From Synechococcus sp. (GTDB lineage Bacteria; Cyanobacteriota; Cyanobacteriia; PCC-6307; Cyanobiaceae), in assembly GCA_047284725.1 (NCBI GenBank), contig JBJBEO010000001.1:128001-192000 (forward strand): a DNA stretch of 64,000 nt, in the 5' to 3' direction. A program made the position numbers and the translations under genes. Numbering within the stretch: the first letter of the stretch is position 1; each line of letters starts with the position of its first letter. The notes below the pieces were generated by a model. It was not told the DNA's origin and did no database searches. It worked only from the letters and a program-made list of their open reading frames with translations. Shown one piece after another: positions 18,825-27,959 of the stretch.

Positions 18825-20636
18825 ATGACTAACTCAGATCACCCGATAAGCGATTTGTCAGTCGATCATCTGCCTATTCGTTCTGATGTGGTCGATCTGC
18901 TCAGGCGTGCTGGCGTAGAGTTCTTTCGATTTCCATTGTCTCCTGAGGGAGATGAAATGGAGGAGTATTTTAAGTCTGATGATTATATTCATTGTCATTT
19001 CACTGAGGAAGCAGTCGCTGAAACTGGATCCGCAATTCATCTACTTGAAGCCTTCCTAAGAGATGTTCATCCAGAAGACCGTGAGTACATGAGAAGTGTG
19101 GCCAAGCAATTATTGGATAGTGATGGTTTTGGTAAAGACATTACAAGTCGTCCATTTCGTGGTGTGTCTCATGATGGACGTTGGTCTTGGTATGAAGTGC
19201 GCATGAATGTTCGCCCTCAAAAGGACCTTTTGATTTGCGAAGGACTGATGCTGAACGTGGATCTACAGCAAGAGTCGTTGATGACTTTGCAGACCAGTCT
19301 TTATCGCGATCAATTGACAGGTCTTGGAAACTTGAAGAGTGCTTATCCCCTGTTAAATGCATTCATTGCTAAAAGCTTGCCTTTTGCGCTTGTCTGGCTC
19401 GATTTGAAGGGCTTTGGGCGGCTCAATACCTATCTCGGTCGCACAACAGGTGATGAGATTCTTCGTGCTACGGCGTTTGCCTTGAAGAGTTGGATCCAAG
19501 ATGGTGATCATTTAATCAGACCTGATTCGGATGAATTTCTTGTCGTATTAAGTGGTCGAGATTCTAAGGCTGCTTACTCTGCTGCTCTTCACCTTTTGGA
19601 TGCCTTACCATCATTATTAGACTCGGGTGGCAACGCTTATTATCGTCTTGGATTTCATGCCGGGATAAGTTCATATCCAGAGCATGGCGAAGACGAGGAT
19701 TCAATTCTGTCGACTGCAGCCTCTGCACTGGATCAGGCCAGACGAATCAATTCTGCCACTGAGTCAGTGGTTGTATTCGGTGATGACATCACATCAAGAA
19801 CGGCTGAATTATTAAACCTTGAAATCAGCCTACGCCAGGCTGTTGAAAAAAATGAATTTAGGCTTCTTTATCAACCACAATGGAATATATCCGGCCAGAT
19901 TATTGGTGCTGAGGCACTATTGCGTTGGAAGAGTGTAAGTCTTGGCCCTGTTGGGCCTGGCATTTTTATACCTCTTTCTGAGCAAACTGGTCAAATTCAT
20001 CAGATTGGAGAGTGGGTTGTTGAAAACGCTTGTCGAGCACTCTCGACCCTGAAAGCGCGTATGAATAATCCTCCAACTCTTTCCATTAACATCTCAGCAA
20101 GTCAACTTTCTTCGCGCCAACATGATGTCTTGACGTGTTTGTTGCGAAATCTGCACCGCTTTCAGGTATCACCTAATCAATTGCATGTTGAGATCACCGA
20201 GTCTGGATTTTTAGATGACTTGGCGATTCGCCGTCTGAAGGGTTTGTACGACGCTGGCATTTGTCTACATATCGATGATTTTGGAACTGGCTTCGCCAGC
20301 CTTTCTAGCCTGTTATCGATTCCCATTCATTCGCTCAAGTTAGATCAGAGCTTTGTCGCTAAGTTGCATTCAACTGAGCCCGACAGTTTGGCAATCGTTT
20401 CTCCTGTCAAGCCATCTATCGCTATTTTGAAGGCTAGTCTTGCTCTTTCAACATCCATTGGTTCTCAAGCAATTGTTGAGGGGGTCGAAACAAAGGAACA
20501 GTTCGCCACTCTCTGTGATATGGGTTATCAAATTTTCCAAGGATACTATTTCTCTAAACCTCTTGAATTTGATGAGTACTGTAGTCTTTTGGATGATCAA
20601 GCATCCAAAGCAGATTTATTTTCATTAGCATCATAG
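18825..20636 (+). CDS. PAS-like/degenerate GGDEF/EAL c-di-GMP phosphodiesterase
   Basis: DQLTGLGN, PDSDEF in place of GGDEF; EALLRW, EITE, DDFGTG, LKLD, EGVET, FQGYYFSKP. Confidence 0.9.
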   Translation: MTNSDHPISDLSVDHLPIRSDVVDLLRRAGVEFFRFPLSPEGDEMEEYFKSDDYIHCHFTEEAVAETGSAIHLLEAFLRDVHPEDREYMRSVAKQLLDSDGFGKDITSRPFRGVSHDGRWSWYEVRMNVRPQKDLLICEGLMLNVDLQQESLMTLQTSLYRDQLTGLGNLKSAYPLLNAFIAKSLPFALVWLDLKGFGRLNTYLGRTTGDEILRATAFALKSWIQDGDHLIRPDSDEFLVVLSGRDSKAAYSAALHLLDALPSLLDSGGNAYYRLGFHAGISSYPEHGEDEDSILSTAASALDQARRINSATESVVVFGDDITSRTAELLNLEISLRQAVEKNEFRLLYQPQWNISGQIIGAEALLRWKSVSLGPVGPGIFIPLSEQTGQIHQIGEWVVENACRALSTLKARMNNPPTLSINISASQLSSRQHDVLTCLLRNLHRFQVSPNQLHVEITESGFLDDLAIRRLKGLYDAGICLHIDDFGTGFASLSSLLSIPIHSLKLDQSFVAKLHSTEPDSLAIVSPVKPSIAILKASLALSTSIGSQAIVEGVETKEQFATLCDMGYQIFQGYYFSKPLEFDEYCSLLDDQASKADLFSLAS

Positions 20637-20896
20637 CTTTTGATCGAATTTTCTGAGATGCAGTGAGGATGCCTGCGCTACTTTGCTAATTTTTTGGAGG
20701 CAATGTGTGCTAATTAGTCTGCTTTGCTACAGCTGGCTGAAATTTAGCGCACTTTTTCTTGTGATGATTATTGGCAAAGGCCTACTGGAAAGTATCTCGC
20801 CTGTAATCAAGTCTTTGACAGGTTGGCCTTGCAACAGTTCGGTTGGGATGAAAAGGGCCCCTCCGGCTATTTAGATGTCGCTTGCCACTATGCTTG

Positions 20897-21496
20897 TTAT
20901 GAGTTCAGTTTCTTTTCGCCTTCCCCCGCCCGTACATTCTCTTGAAATGGATCGTAGTGATCGCCTATTTGAGCAAAGTTGGCCATGATGCAGTCCTTAT
21001 GAGCTTGATCAATAGGAATGCCATTCCCTTGGTGGATGTTATAAATATTTGGCAAACTGTTCTGGCATTTTTGCTTGCCACGTGAGTCTTGATTGCACGG
21101 TTTCGGCATCGTGCAAGTTGCAAGCCCACTCGCATAGATCCAATCAACTTCTCTCGTGTCGATGCATGAATGAAGTTTCACCATTCTTTGACATTGATGG
21201 CAATTGTCTTCAAAATTTTTTGCTTTCTTCGATAAGCGTTGAAGCATTCTTGCCATGGCATCCGAGCTGTACGACTTTCCCATGGAGGTGCAGATTGAGT
21301 GTGCGTACTCTCGGAATTCATTCCACTGAGTCGACCTAAGAAAACTTGCCGGTAGGAATGGGCTAGAAGGTATGGATCTAATAGTTGATTTCCTATGACG
21401 GCATCGACAATGTGTTGCAATGGCTTTAGGGGGCATCAGTCTGAGTGGTTTCAAGCGGCGCCTTGTTCTGGCAGGGTGAGATGTATAGGCCTCCAT
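20897..21496 (-). CDS. hypothetical Cys-rich ORF (doubtful)
   Basis: 199-codon open frame in AT-rich DNA; no recognisable motif. Confidence 0.3.
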   Translation of the reverse strand: MEAYTSHPARTRRRLKPLRLMPPKAIATHCRCRHRKSTIRSIPSSPFLPASFLRSTQWNEFREYAHSICTSMGKSYSSDAMARMLQRLSKKAKNFEDNCHQCQRMVKLHSCIDTREVDWIYASGLATCTMPKPCNQDSRGKQKCQNSLPNIYNIHQGNGIPIDQAHKDCIMANFAQIGDHYDPFQENVRAGEGEKKLNS

Positions 21497-21512
21497 GACA
21501 ATGACTTGGTAT

Positions 21513-22292
21513 TCATGGAGATTCGAGAATGGTTAGCGCCCGAAAAGTCAACAGCTTTGCCGGTTTGCCCTTTTTACCTTCGCTAGAAATCAGTAGGTCT
21601 CCGGATGGCAGAAAGGCAATGCCTTCAGGTTGGATCAATTGATCCTTGTTCAACGTCAGCGCTTCTTTGAAATCGCCGCTCAGCCCATAGCAGACGATCA
21701 TTTTTTTGCCTTTGGAACCAATGATGTAGAGATCTTCCGATTGAGGGTGCAGCGCAAGGCCGGACGGGTTGAAGTCGTCTTCTGAGCCATCCAGAAAGGT
21801 ACGACTGTCGATGGTGAGTACCGGCAAAGACTTCATCTGCATAGTTTGCAGGTCAAAGGCATAGATGTTTCGTGTGGGGTCGTTCTTGTTCGGCGACCCT
21901 TTGCAGGCGATCAACAGGCGATGTCTTTGGGCGTCATGGCACAAGCCTTCCGGGTCGTGTTTTTTCTGTAGTCCTAAGTCGTAACGTTGAACCTTGGCGT
22001 CTTTGCCTTGGAACCCCGTCACGCTGAAAATGGCTGGCTGCTTGCCTGCCTTCAGGAGATAAGCGGTCGTTCCAGCAATGGCAATGTCTTCTGAATCGCC
22101 ATCATCATGCTTGGCAAGTTTAGTGATTGTTCCGGTATTCAAGTCAAGGAGATGGGTCTGAACGGTCTCATCCTGAACAAACGCAACTCTGCCGTTGTCC
22201 TCCACTGGTGAGATCCCTGAAATTTCCTTGTACTGATCTGGCAGGGTATAGCTCTTCAATGGATGGCTAAAGTCATAGGGGAAACAGCTCAT
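21513..22292 (-). CDS. SdiA-regulated (YjiK-like) beta-propeller protein
   Basis: EISGI, VQDE, DSEDIA, PEGLC, FNPSGLALHP, QPEGIAF, LLISSEG blade motifs. Confidence 0.8.
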   Translation of the reverse strand: MSCFPYDFSHPLKSYTLPDQYKEISGISPVEDNGRVAFVQDETVQTHLLDLNTGTITKLAKHDDGDSEDIAIAGTTAYLLKAGKQPAIFSVTGFQGKDAKVQRYDLGLQKKHDPEGLCHDAQRHRLLIACKGSPNKNDPTRNIYAFDLQTMQMKSLPVLTIDSRTFLDGSEDDFNPSGLALHPQSEDLYIIGSKGKKMIVCYGLSGDFKEALTLNKDQLIQPEGIAFLPSGDLLISSEGKKGKPAKLLTFRALTILESP

Positions 22293-22465
22293 GTCACTCG
22301 TTTCGCTGCAACGGAGGGGATGAGGTGATTGGAGCAACGATCCCGAGATGGAGACACACCATTGCGGCGAACAGTCACCCTTGATTGCAATATCTGCCCC
22401 GCGCTAATGGCGTCCATCGCCTACCTCGCCGCATCAGCATCAGAGGCGGAACTGTCCTGCTCCCC

Positions 22466-23341
22466 TCAGTTAGGACCGTTTCCTTCCGGTGGACCGTAAA
22501 ACCCCACTAACGCTTTGAGCTCCTCGAAACAGAGCATCAGCTCGGGGGTGCGGCCAGCCTGAAGCTCCACCAGGGCTTGGCGCATGGCGAAAGCGGCCGT
22601 GGAGAGCAGGGTGAGCGGATAGGCGACCAGGTCGAAGCCCATCTCCTGCAAACGCTCCGGCGTGAGCAAGGGGGTGATGCCCCCCTCGAGCATGTTCGCC
22701 ATGTGCAGCCCCGGTACCTCCTGGCAGAACCTCAGCATCTCCGCCTCGCTGCGGGGGGCCTCCAGAAACAACACCTCCGCCCCCAGTTCCGCGAACGCCT
22801 TCAATCGCCAGAGCGCTTCCTTCAGGGCAGCCTCCGGCCCCAGGCTTGCCTCCATCGCCGAGCGGGCATCCGTCCGCGCCACGATCACCAGATCGGCGCC
22901 CTGATCGCGCGCATCAATGGCCGCTTGAATCCTGGCGATTGCCGTGTCGCGATCCACCACCTCCTTCACGCGGGTGTGGCCGCAGCGTTTCGGGGCCACC
23001 TGGTCTTCCAGCATGATCCCGGCGAACCCGGCCTTGGCGAACTGCTGCATCGTGCGCCGCACGTTGGCGGCATTGCCGTGGCCCGTATCGCCATCACCAA
23101 TCACGGGGATCGACACGGCATCGCAGATCGATCGGCCCTGATCGAGCATCTCCGTCACCGTGAGCAGGCCGGTGTCCGGCAGTCCAGCGCGGGCAGCCGC
23201 CACCGAGAAGCCGCTCATGAAGGTGAGCGGGCATCCCGCCTGCTCCACCAGCCGGGCCGAGAGGGCATCAAAGCAGCAGGGCGTCACCAGGCAGGTGCTG
23301 TCCTGAAGGAGGCTACGCAGTCTCGCTGCAGGGCTCTGCAT
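22466..23341 (-). CDS. isocitrate lyase/PEP mutase family enzyme
   Basis: DALSARL, DGDTGHG, EDQVAPKRCGH, ARTDAR, ANMLEGG. Confidence 0.9.
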   Translation of the reverse strand: MQSPAARLRSLLQDSTCLVTPCCFDALSARLVEQAGCPLTFMSGFSVAAARAGLPDTGLLTVTEMLDQGRSICDAVSIPVIGDGDTGHGNAANVRRTMQQFAKAGFAGIMLEDQVAPKRCGHTRVKEVVDRDTAIARIQAAIDARDQGADLVIVARTDARSAMEASLGPEAALKEALWRLKAFAELGAEVLFLEAPRSEAEMLRFCQEVPGLHMANMLEGGITPLLTPERLQEMGFDLVAYPLTLLSTAAFAMRQALVELQAGRTPELMLCFEELKALVGFYGPPEGNGPN

Positions 23342-23497
23342 CGTCGTTTCCTCGATGGTGAAGAGTGTTCAGTTCGGGCCGCCGCATGGCTGCCTCAAGG
23401 CTTGTGTTGCTGTCTTCGAACGATCGGCCGACGCAGTTGTTTGGTAGTCATAACGGTCAGGAATCGTTGTCGTTGATCGAGCGTCAAGCATGGGAGG

Positions 23498-24547
23498 TCA
23501 AGTCTGCTCCTTGCTGATTTGACTTCCTGGAAATTCGATGGGCTGGCCCGTGCTCGCATCAATGCGATCCAGGGATGCTCCGTGATATTGGTTGAGCAGA
23601 AGCTTCACCACATGCTCTCCATATTGTTGATACCAAAAATCTCCCATTTTTCTCAACTTGATGATGTTGTCGGGGCTGACGAGATCCATTGCATTGTCGG
23701 GTACGTCGGTTTCCGTCAGTCCTCGCTGGGCTTTGATCTCCGAGTCCACGCGGATGTAGTTACCTGGCTCGGCAATAGTGATGGCCTGATAAGCCACGAC
23801 ATGCTCGTCGCTCAGCACCTCTAGAAGCTTCCCCTTGAAAAACCAGTCGAGGAACCCCCATTTTTGTGATTGTTTGCCGTTGATTTTTTCTGTGCGATGG
23901 CCTGTGCCAACTGAAACAACTCTCAGCTCGCTTATGGGCATTCCCCACGCCCGCTTTGCTTCGGCAATCGCGCACATTGTTGGATTGTTTGCGGTCACTC
24001 CCCCGTCGACCAGCCATTGGTTTTTGCCGTTGTCCGGGTTTTGTAGCTCGTTTGTTGGGAAAAAGGTTGGTGCTGCGCTCGACGCGTCTGCTACCCGATA
24101 AGCATCTAGATTGAGATATTTTTCTTTCGTTGATTTAATTACTCTGGGCCTTCTGTCTTCCAGGGAGTAGGTCAAGGCAAGTACGTGCTTGTCGTCCGGG
24201 ACTGCGCCAATACTGCTGCTTCCAAGGTAGGAGCTGAGGACACTTGTTTTTCCTGCTCCTTTGTATTTTGGGCTGAACAGCCTGCTGGTAAATCTGCGCT
24301 TGGAAAAAATGTTTTTCGCATTTTTGTGGCTGTAGAGCTCGTCGATTTCTTTGGCTGAAAGGTCTGTTGTGGCAAGCGCAATCGCAATGATGCTGCCAGT
24401 GCTCGTACCTGCGTAAAAATCAATGCAGTCTCTTAGCGACTTGCTGTGGTGCGTGAGTAGATCGTCCTCTACTCGCCTAAGGAACCGAGCAGATGCTGCG
24501 CCTCTGATGCCGCCTCCATCCAGTGACAATATCAATTTGCCCGACAT
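23498..24547 (-). CDS. patatin-like phospholipase
   Basis: DGGGIRG oxyanion motif, GTSTG nucleophile, SAAPTFF, DGG catalytic Asp. Confidence 0.93.
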   Translation of the reverse strand: MSGKLILSLDGGGIRGAASARFLRRVEDDLLTHHSKSLRDCIDFYAGTSTGSIIAIALATTDLSAKEIDELYSHKNAKNIFSKRRFTSRLFSPKYKGAGKTSVLSSYLGSSSIGAVPDDKHVLALTYSLEDRRPRVIKSTKEKYLNLDAYRVADASSAAPTFFPTNELQNPDNGKNQWLVDGGVTANNPTMCAIAEAKRAWGMPISELRVVSVGTGHRTEKINGKQSQKWGFLDWFFKGKLLEVLSDEHVVAYQAITIAEPGNYIRVDSEIKAQRGLTETDVPDNAMDLVSPDNIIKLRKMGDFWYQQYGEHVVKLLLNQYHGASLDRIDASTGQPIEFPGSQISKEQT

Positions 24548-24721
24548 TTGCGCGAGTGAAGCAGATGGCTTTATGTCTAATCATGTTGTTTTGTTTTTGC
24601 CCTAATCCGCAAAAATATTAATTTTGCTATCTGCTTTCTTCCGGAAGCTATGGTCGCAGTTCTGCGTGGGGCTGCATTGTTTTTGGTGTTGATCTGATTC
24701 CTGTTTGTGGTGGATTTGCCG

Positions 24722-26398
24722 TCATGACGAGCAGCTGTAGTGCGCGATGCCACCGGCATGGAACAGCTCCCGTGGCCGCAGCTGGCAGTACTTGGCCTGA
24801 ATCGCCTCAGACGGGGTGGCGTAGGGGTTGCTGAACACCGCTTGCAGCTCCTGGATCAGCGCCGTCTCCCCCCCCTCCGCCTGTTGATAGGCGGGGGCGA
24901 TCAGCCACTCCCGCCAGGCGATCGCCGGGTTCACCGTTTGCATGGCGGCCGCAACCGCGTCGTGGGCGTCGCTGTCGCCGAGCTGGTGGCGCCATTGCGT
25001 TAGCCATGTCTCCCACTGTTGATCGAGTGCCTCGGAGCTCGGCACGTAAAAGCTCTCTTGCACAGGTTCCAGCGATGCAGGGAGGGTCGACAGCGCCCGG
25101 AAGCAGAGCGTGTAGTCGGCCCGTGATTGCGCCATCAGCGCCAGCAGCTCCCGCACCAGGGCGGGGTCGGGCTGGCTGAGGCCCAGCTTGCGGGCCCACA
25201 TCCCATCCAGTGTCTCCTCCATCACAGTCGCAAAATCCTTGCGGATCTGGTCGAGCTGCTCCAGGGCCGCCGGGTCCCCCACCAGCAGCGGCCTGAGGGC
25301 GCTCCAGAGCATCTGGAAATTGGCTTCCGCCGCCGCCGGTTGATTGAAGAAGCAGAAGTGCTCGCCGCCGCCGGTCCAGGGCTGGAAGCGGGGATCAAAC
25401 AGTTCGCAGAACCCGAAGGGTCCGTAATCGAGGGTGTAGCCACCGGCGGCGCAGTTGTCGCTGTTGAAGTTGCCCTGGCAGTAGCCGACCCGCATCCACT
25501 CGGCCACCAGGTGGGTGAGGCGTTGGCGGAACTGGCGCGCCAGCTCCACCACCTGCTCCGCGAAGGGCAGGGCCGGATCAATCGCCTCGCGGTAGTTGCG
25601 ATCGATCAGATGGGCCGTGATCAGCTCCAGTTCCTTCAGGGCCTGGGGATGGGCCTCGCTCCGGGCCCGGCGGGCGAACAACTCCAGCTGGCCCACCCGC
25701 AGGAACGACGGCGCCACCCGGGTGGTGATCGCAGCGGCGTTGTCGACCATCACATCGGGATCGAGCGATCGCGACTGCTCCGAATACCAGGGGCGCAGCA
25801 CCCGTTCTCGCTGCGATCGATAGAGCGTCAGCGAGCGGGAGGTGGGCACCCCCAGGGCATGCATGAACTCCTGGGCCAGAAACTCGCGCACGCTGGAGCG
25901 CAGCACCGCCCGGCCATCGGCTCCCCGGCAATACGGGGTCGGGCCACCGCCCTTCAGCTGCATCTCCCAGCGCTGGCCTGCAAACACCCCTTCGAACACC
26001 GAGAGGGCGCGGCCATCGCCATAGCCGTTGCCGGTGCCGAAGGGGCACTGGCGGATGTATTCCGTGCCGTAGATCGAGAGGGCGTAGCCCGTGGCCCAGC
26101 CGTAGGCCGGCATCGCTCCGGTGGCAACGCTGGCATCACCGGAGAACCAGCGCTGGAAGGTGGCGTCGTGGGCGAGCGCGTCGCTCAGCCCCAGCTCCCG
26201 GAACAGGCTGCTGCTGTGGGCCACGTATGCCGGCTCCGGCAGCGGCGTGGGGGTCACGGGCACGTAATGGCCGGAGAGCACCTCCCGCGCCCGGTGGTCA
26301 TGGCCATCGCTGGTGGCGTCCGGATCCCGGTTCAGCGCCTGCAGCAGGGAATAGTCCGCGTGCTTTGCAAATGCCGGGAACGTGGCGGTGGCGGGCAT
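24722..26398 (-). CDS. selO: protein adenylyltransferase SelO (YdiU/UPF0061)
   Basis: [45 protein letters not shown]-terminal SCSS. Confidence 0.92.
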   Translation of the reverse strand: MPATATFPAFAKHADYSLLQALNRDPDATSDGHDHRAREVLSGHYVPVTPTPLPEPAYVAHSSSLFRELGLSDALAHDATFQRWFSGDASVATGAMPAYGWATGYALSIYGTEYIRQCPFGTGNGYGDGRALSVFEGVFAGQRWEMQLKGGGPTPYCRGADGRAVLRSSVREFLAQEFMHALGVPTSRSLTLYRSQRERVLRPWYSEQSRSLDPDVMVDNAAAITTRVAPSFLRVGQLELFARRARSEAHPQALKELELITAHLIDRNYREAIDPALPFAEQVVELARQFRQRLTHLVAEWMRVGYCQGNFNSDNCAAGGYTLDYGPFGFCELFDPRFQPWTGGGEHFCFFNQPAAAEANFQMLWSALRPLLVGDPAALEQLDQIRKDFATVMEETLDGMWARKLGLSQPDPALVRELLALMAQSRADYTLCFRALSTLPASLEPVQESFYVPSSEALDQQWETWLTQWRHQLGDSDAHDAVAAAMQTVNPAIAWREWLIAPAYQQAEGGETALIQELQAVFSNPYATPSEAIQAKYCQLRPRELFHAGGIAHYSCSS

Positions 26399-26486
26399 CG
26401 ATGGCGCTGCTGCGGACTCCCATCATCGGTTCGCCGGCCCTAAGACGGGGAGAGGTGAAGACGTACCGCGCACGGGAGTGGTTGAG

Positions 26487-27959
26487 ATGACGCAGTCGTT
26501 TCAGGACCTGCAGCGTGCCCTGCAGCCCGATGCCGCCCAGGATCCGGCGCCGGGGGATCCCTGGGATGTGCTGGTGATTCCCTCCATCAACCTCAGCCCG
26601 GAGCAGATGACCCTGGTGAAGGGGGTGCATCACTACGAGGAACGTCAGCTGTTCGAGCTGATCCGGCTGCGCCAGCCCCGGGCCCGCATGGTGTTCGTCA
26701 CCAGCAAGCTGCTGCCGGATCTCGTGGTGGATTCGGTGCTGGAGCTGCTGCCGGGGGTGCCGATCTCCCATGCCCGCCAGCGTCTACGGCTCTTCGACAC
26801 CGACGACGCCAGCCCCAGGCCCCTGGCCGCCAAGCTGCTGGAACGCCCCCGGTTGCTGGCCCGCCTCGCCGCCTCCCTGCGGCCCGGCCGCAGTTACATC
26901 AGCTGCTTCAACGTGGGGGATCTCGAGCGTCGCCTGGCCGAGGCCCTGCAGATCCCCCTGCTCGGGTGTGACCCCGGCCTCAGCCACTGGGGCAGCAAGG
27001 CAGGCGGTCGTGAGCTGTTCCGCCGCTGCGGTCTGCCCCATCCCGATGGCTCTCCCCTGGTCCACAGCCAGGAGGATCTGCTCGAGGCTTGCCTGGAGCT
27101 GGTGGGCCGGCAGCCCCAGCTGGCGCGGGCCGTCGTCAAGCTCAACGAGGGCTTCAGCGGCGAGGGCAATGCCCCCCTGGAGCTGGCCACCCTCGCCCTG
27201 GCGGACTGCTCCGAGTCGGAGCGGCGCCAGCGGCTGGGCCAGGCCCTGGCCGTGCTGCCGATGCCCGCGCCCCACTGGCAAGATTTGCTGCCCACCCAGG
27301 GAGCCCTGGTGGAGGCTTGGTTGCTTGGAGGTGATGAGGTTACCTCGCCTAGCGTGCAGGGGATGATCCATCCCGGCGGACGGGTGGAGGTGCTCTCGAC
27401 CCATGAGCAGCGTCTGGGCGGCCCCAGCGGCCAGACCTACCAGGGTTGTCAGTTCCCGGCCCATGGGGCCTACCGGATGGAGCTGCATCGCTGGGGGGAG
27501 GCCGTCGGTGCGCAGCTGGCCGCCCTCGGTGCCCTCGACCATTTCTCGGTGGACGCCCTGGCCCGTCGCTTCGGGTCGGGCTGGGATCTGCAGGCGATCG
27601 AGGTGAACCTGCGCAAGGGGGGCACCACCCATCCCCATCAGGTGCTCCGTTTCCTCAGCAACGGTCGCCTTGATCCGGCCACCGGCGCCTTCCTCTCGCC
27701 CCGTGGTTCCACCCTCCACTACATCGCCACCGACAACTTCATTGACCCCCGGCTGCGGGGATTGCTGCCGGTGGATCTGATCGATGCAGTGGCCGATGCG
27801 GGCCTGCATTTCGATGCCCTGCGCGAGAGCGGCAGCGTGTTTCATCTGCTCGGCTGCCTGTCGGAGCACGGCAAGATTGGGATGACCTGCATCGGCACCA
27901 GCCTGGATGCCGCTGAACGGGTCTACGCCCGCACGCAAGCCCGCCTTCTGGAGATGTGA
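26487..27959 (+). CDS. PGM1/BesA-like ATP-grasp peptide ligase family protein
   Basis: HYEERQLF.LIRL, WGSKAGGR, VVKLNEGFSGEGN, SPSVQ, STHEQ, IEVNLRKGGTTHP. Confidence 0.78.
   Translation: MTQSFQDLQRALQPDAAQDPAPGDPWDVLVIPSINLSPEQMTLVKGVHHYEERQLFELIRLRQPRARMVFVTSKLLPDLVVDSVLELLPGVPISHARQRLRLFDTDDASPRPLAAKLLERPRLLARLAASLRPGRSYISCFNVGDLERRLAEALQIPLLGCDPGLSHWGSKAGGRELFRRCGLPHPDGSPLVHSQEDLLEACLELVGRQPQLARAVVKLNEGFSGEGNAPLELATLALADCSESERRQRLGQALAVLPMPAPHWQDLLPTQGALVEAWLLGGDEVTSPSVQGMIHPGGRVEVLSTHEQRLGGPSGQTYQGCQFPAHGAYRMELHRWGEAVGAQLAALGALDHFSVDALARRFGSGWDLQAIEVNLRKGGTTHPHQVLRFLSNGRLDPATGAFLSPRGSTLHYIATDNFIDPRLRGLLPVDLIDAVADAGLHFDALRESGSVFHLLGCLSEHGKIGMTCIGTSLDAAERVYARTQARLLEM

Larger units (their letters stand above)
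7019..27952. other. accessory genomic island without a recognisable integrase
   Basis: abrupt GC drop after argS, accessory gene content, GATGTGATGA at both ends (7009-7018 and 27953-27962). Confidence 0.7.

Noticed and set aside
23498..24547. CBASS anti-phage system (CapV-like patatin)
   Set aside because: No CD-NTase, Cap2/Cap3 or other CBASS gene is recognisable nearby
24722..24736. Possible selenocysteine at the SelO C-terminus (TGA stop)
   Set aside because: The protein ends SCSS with Cys encoded by TGC at the position where Sec occurs in selenoprotein forms; the TGA follows the normal end
7019..27952. Prophage, IS element or integrative element call for the island
   Set aside because: No integrase, transposase, phage gene or tRNA target seen
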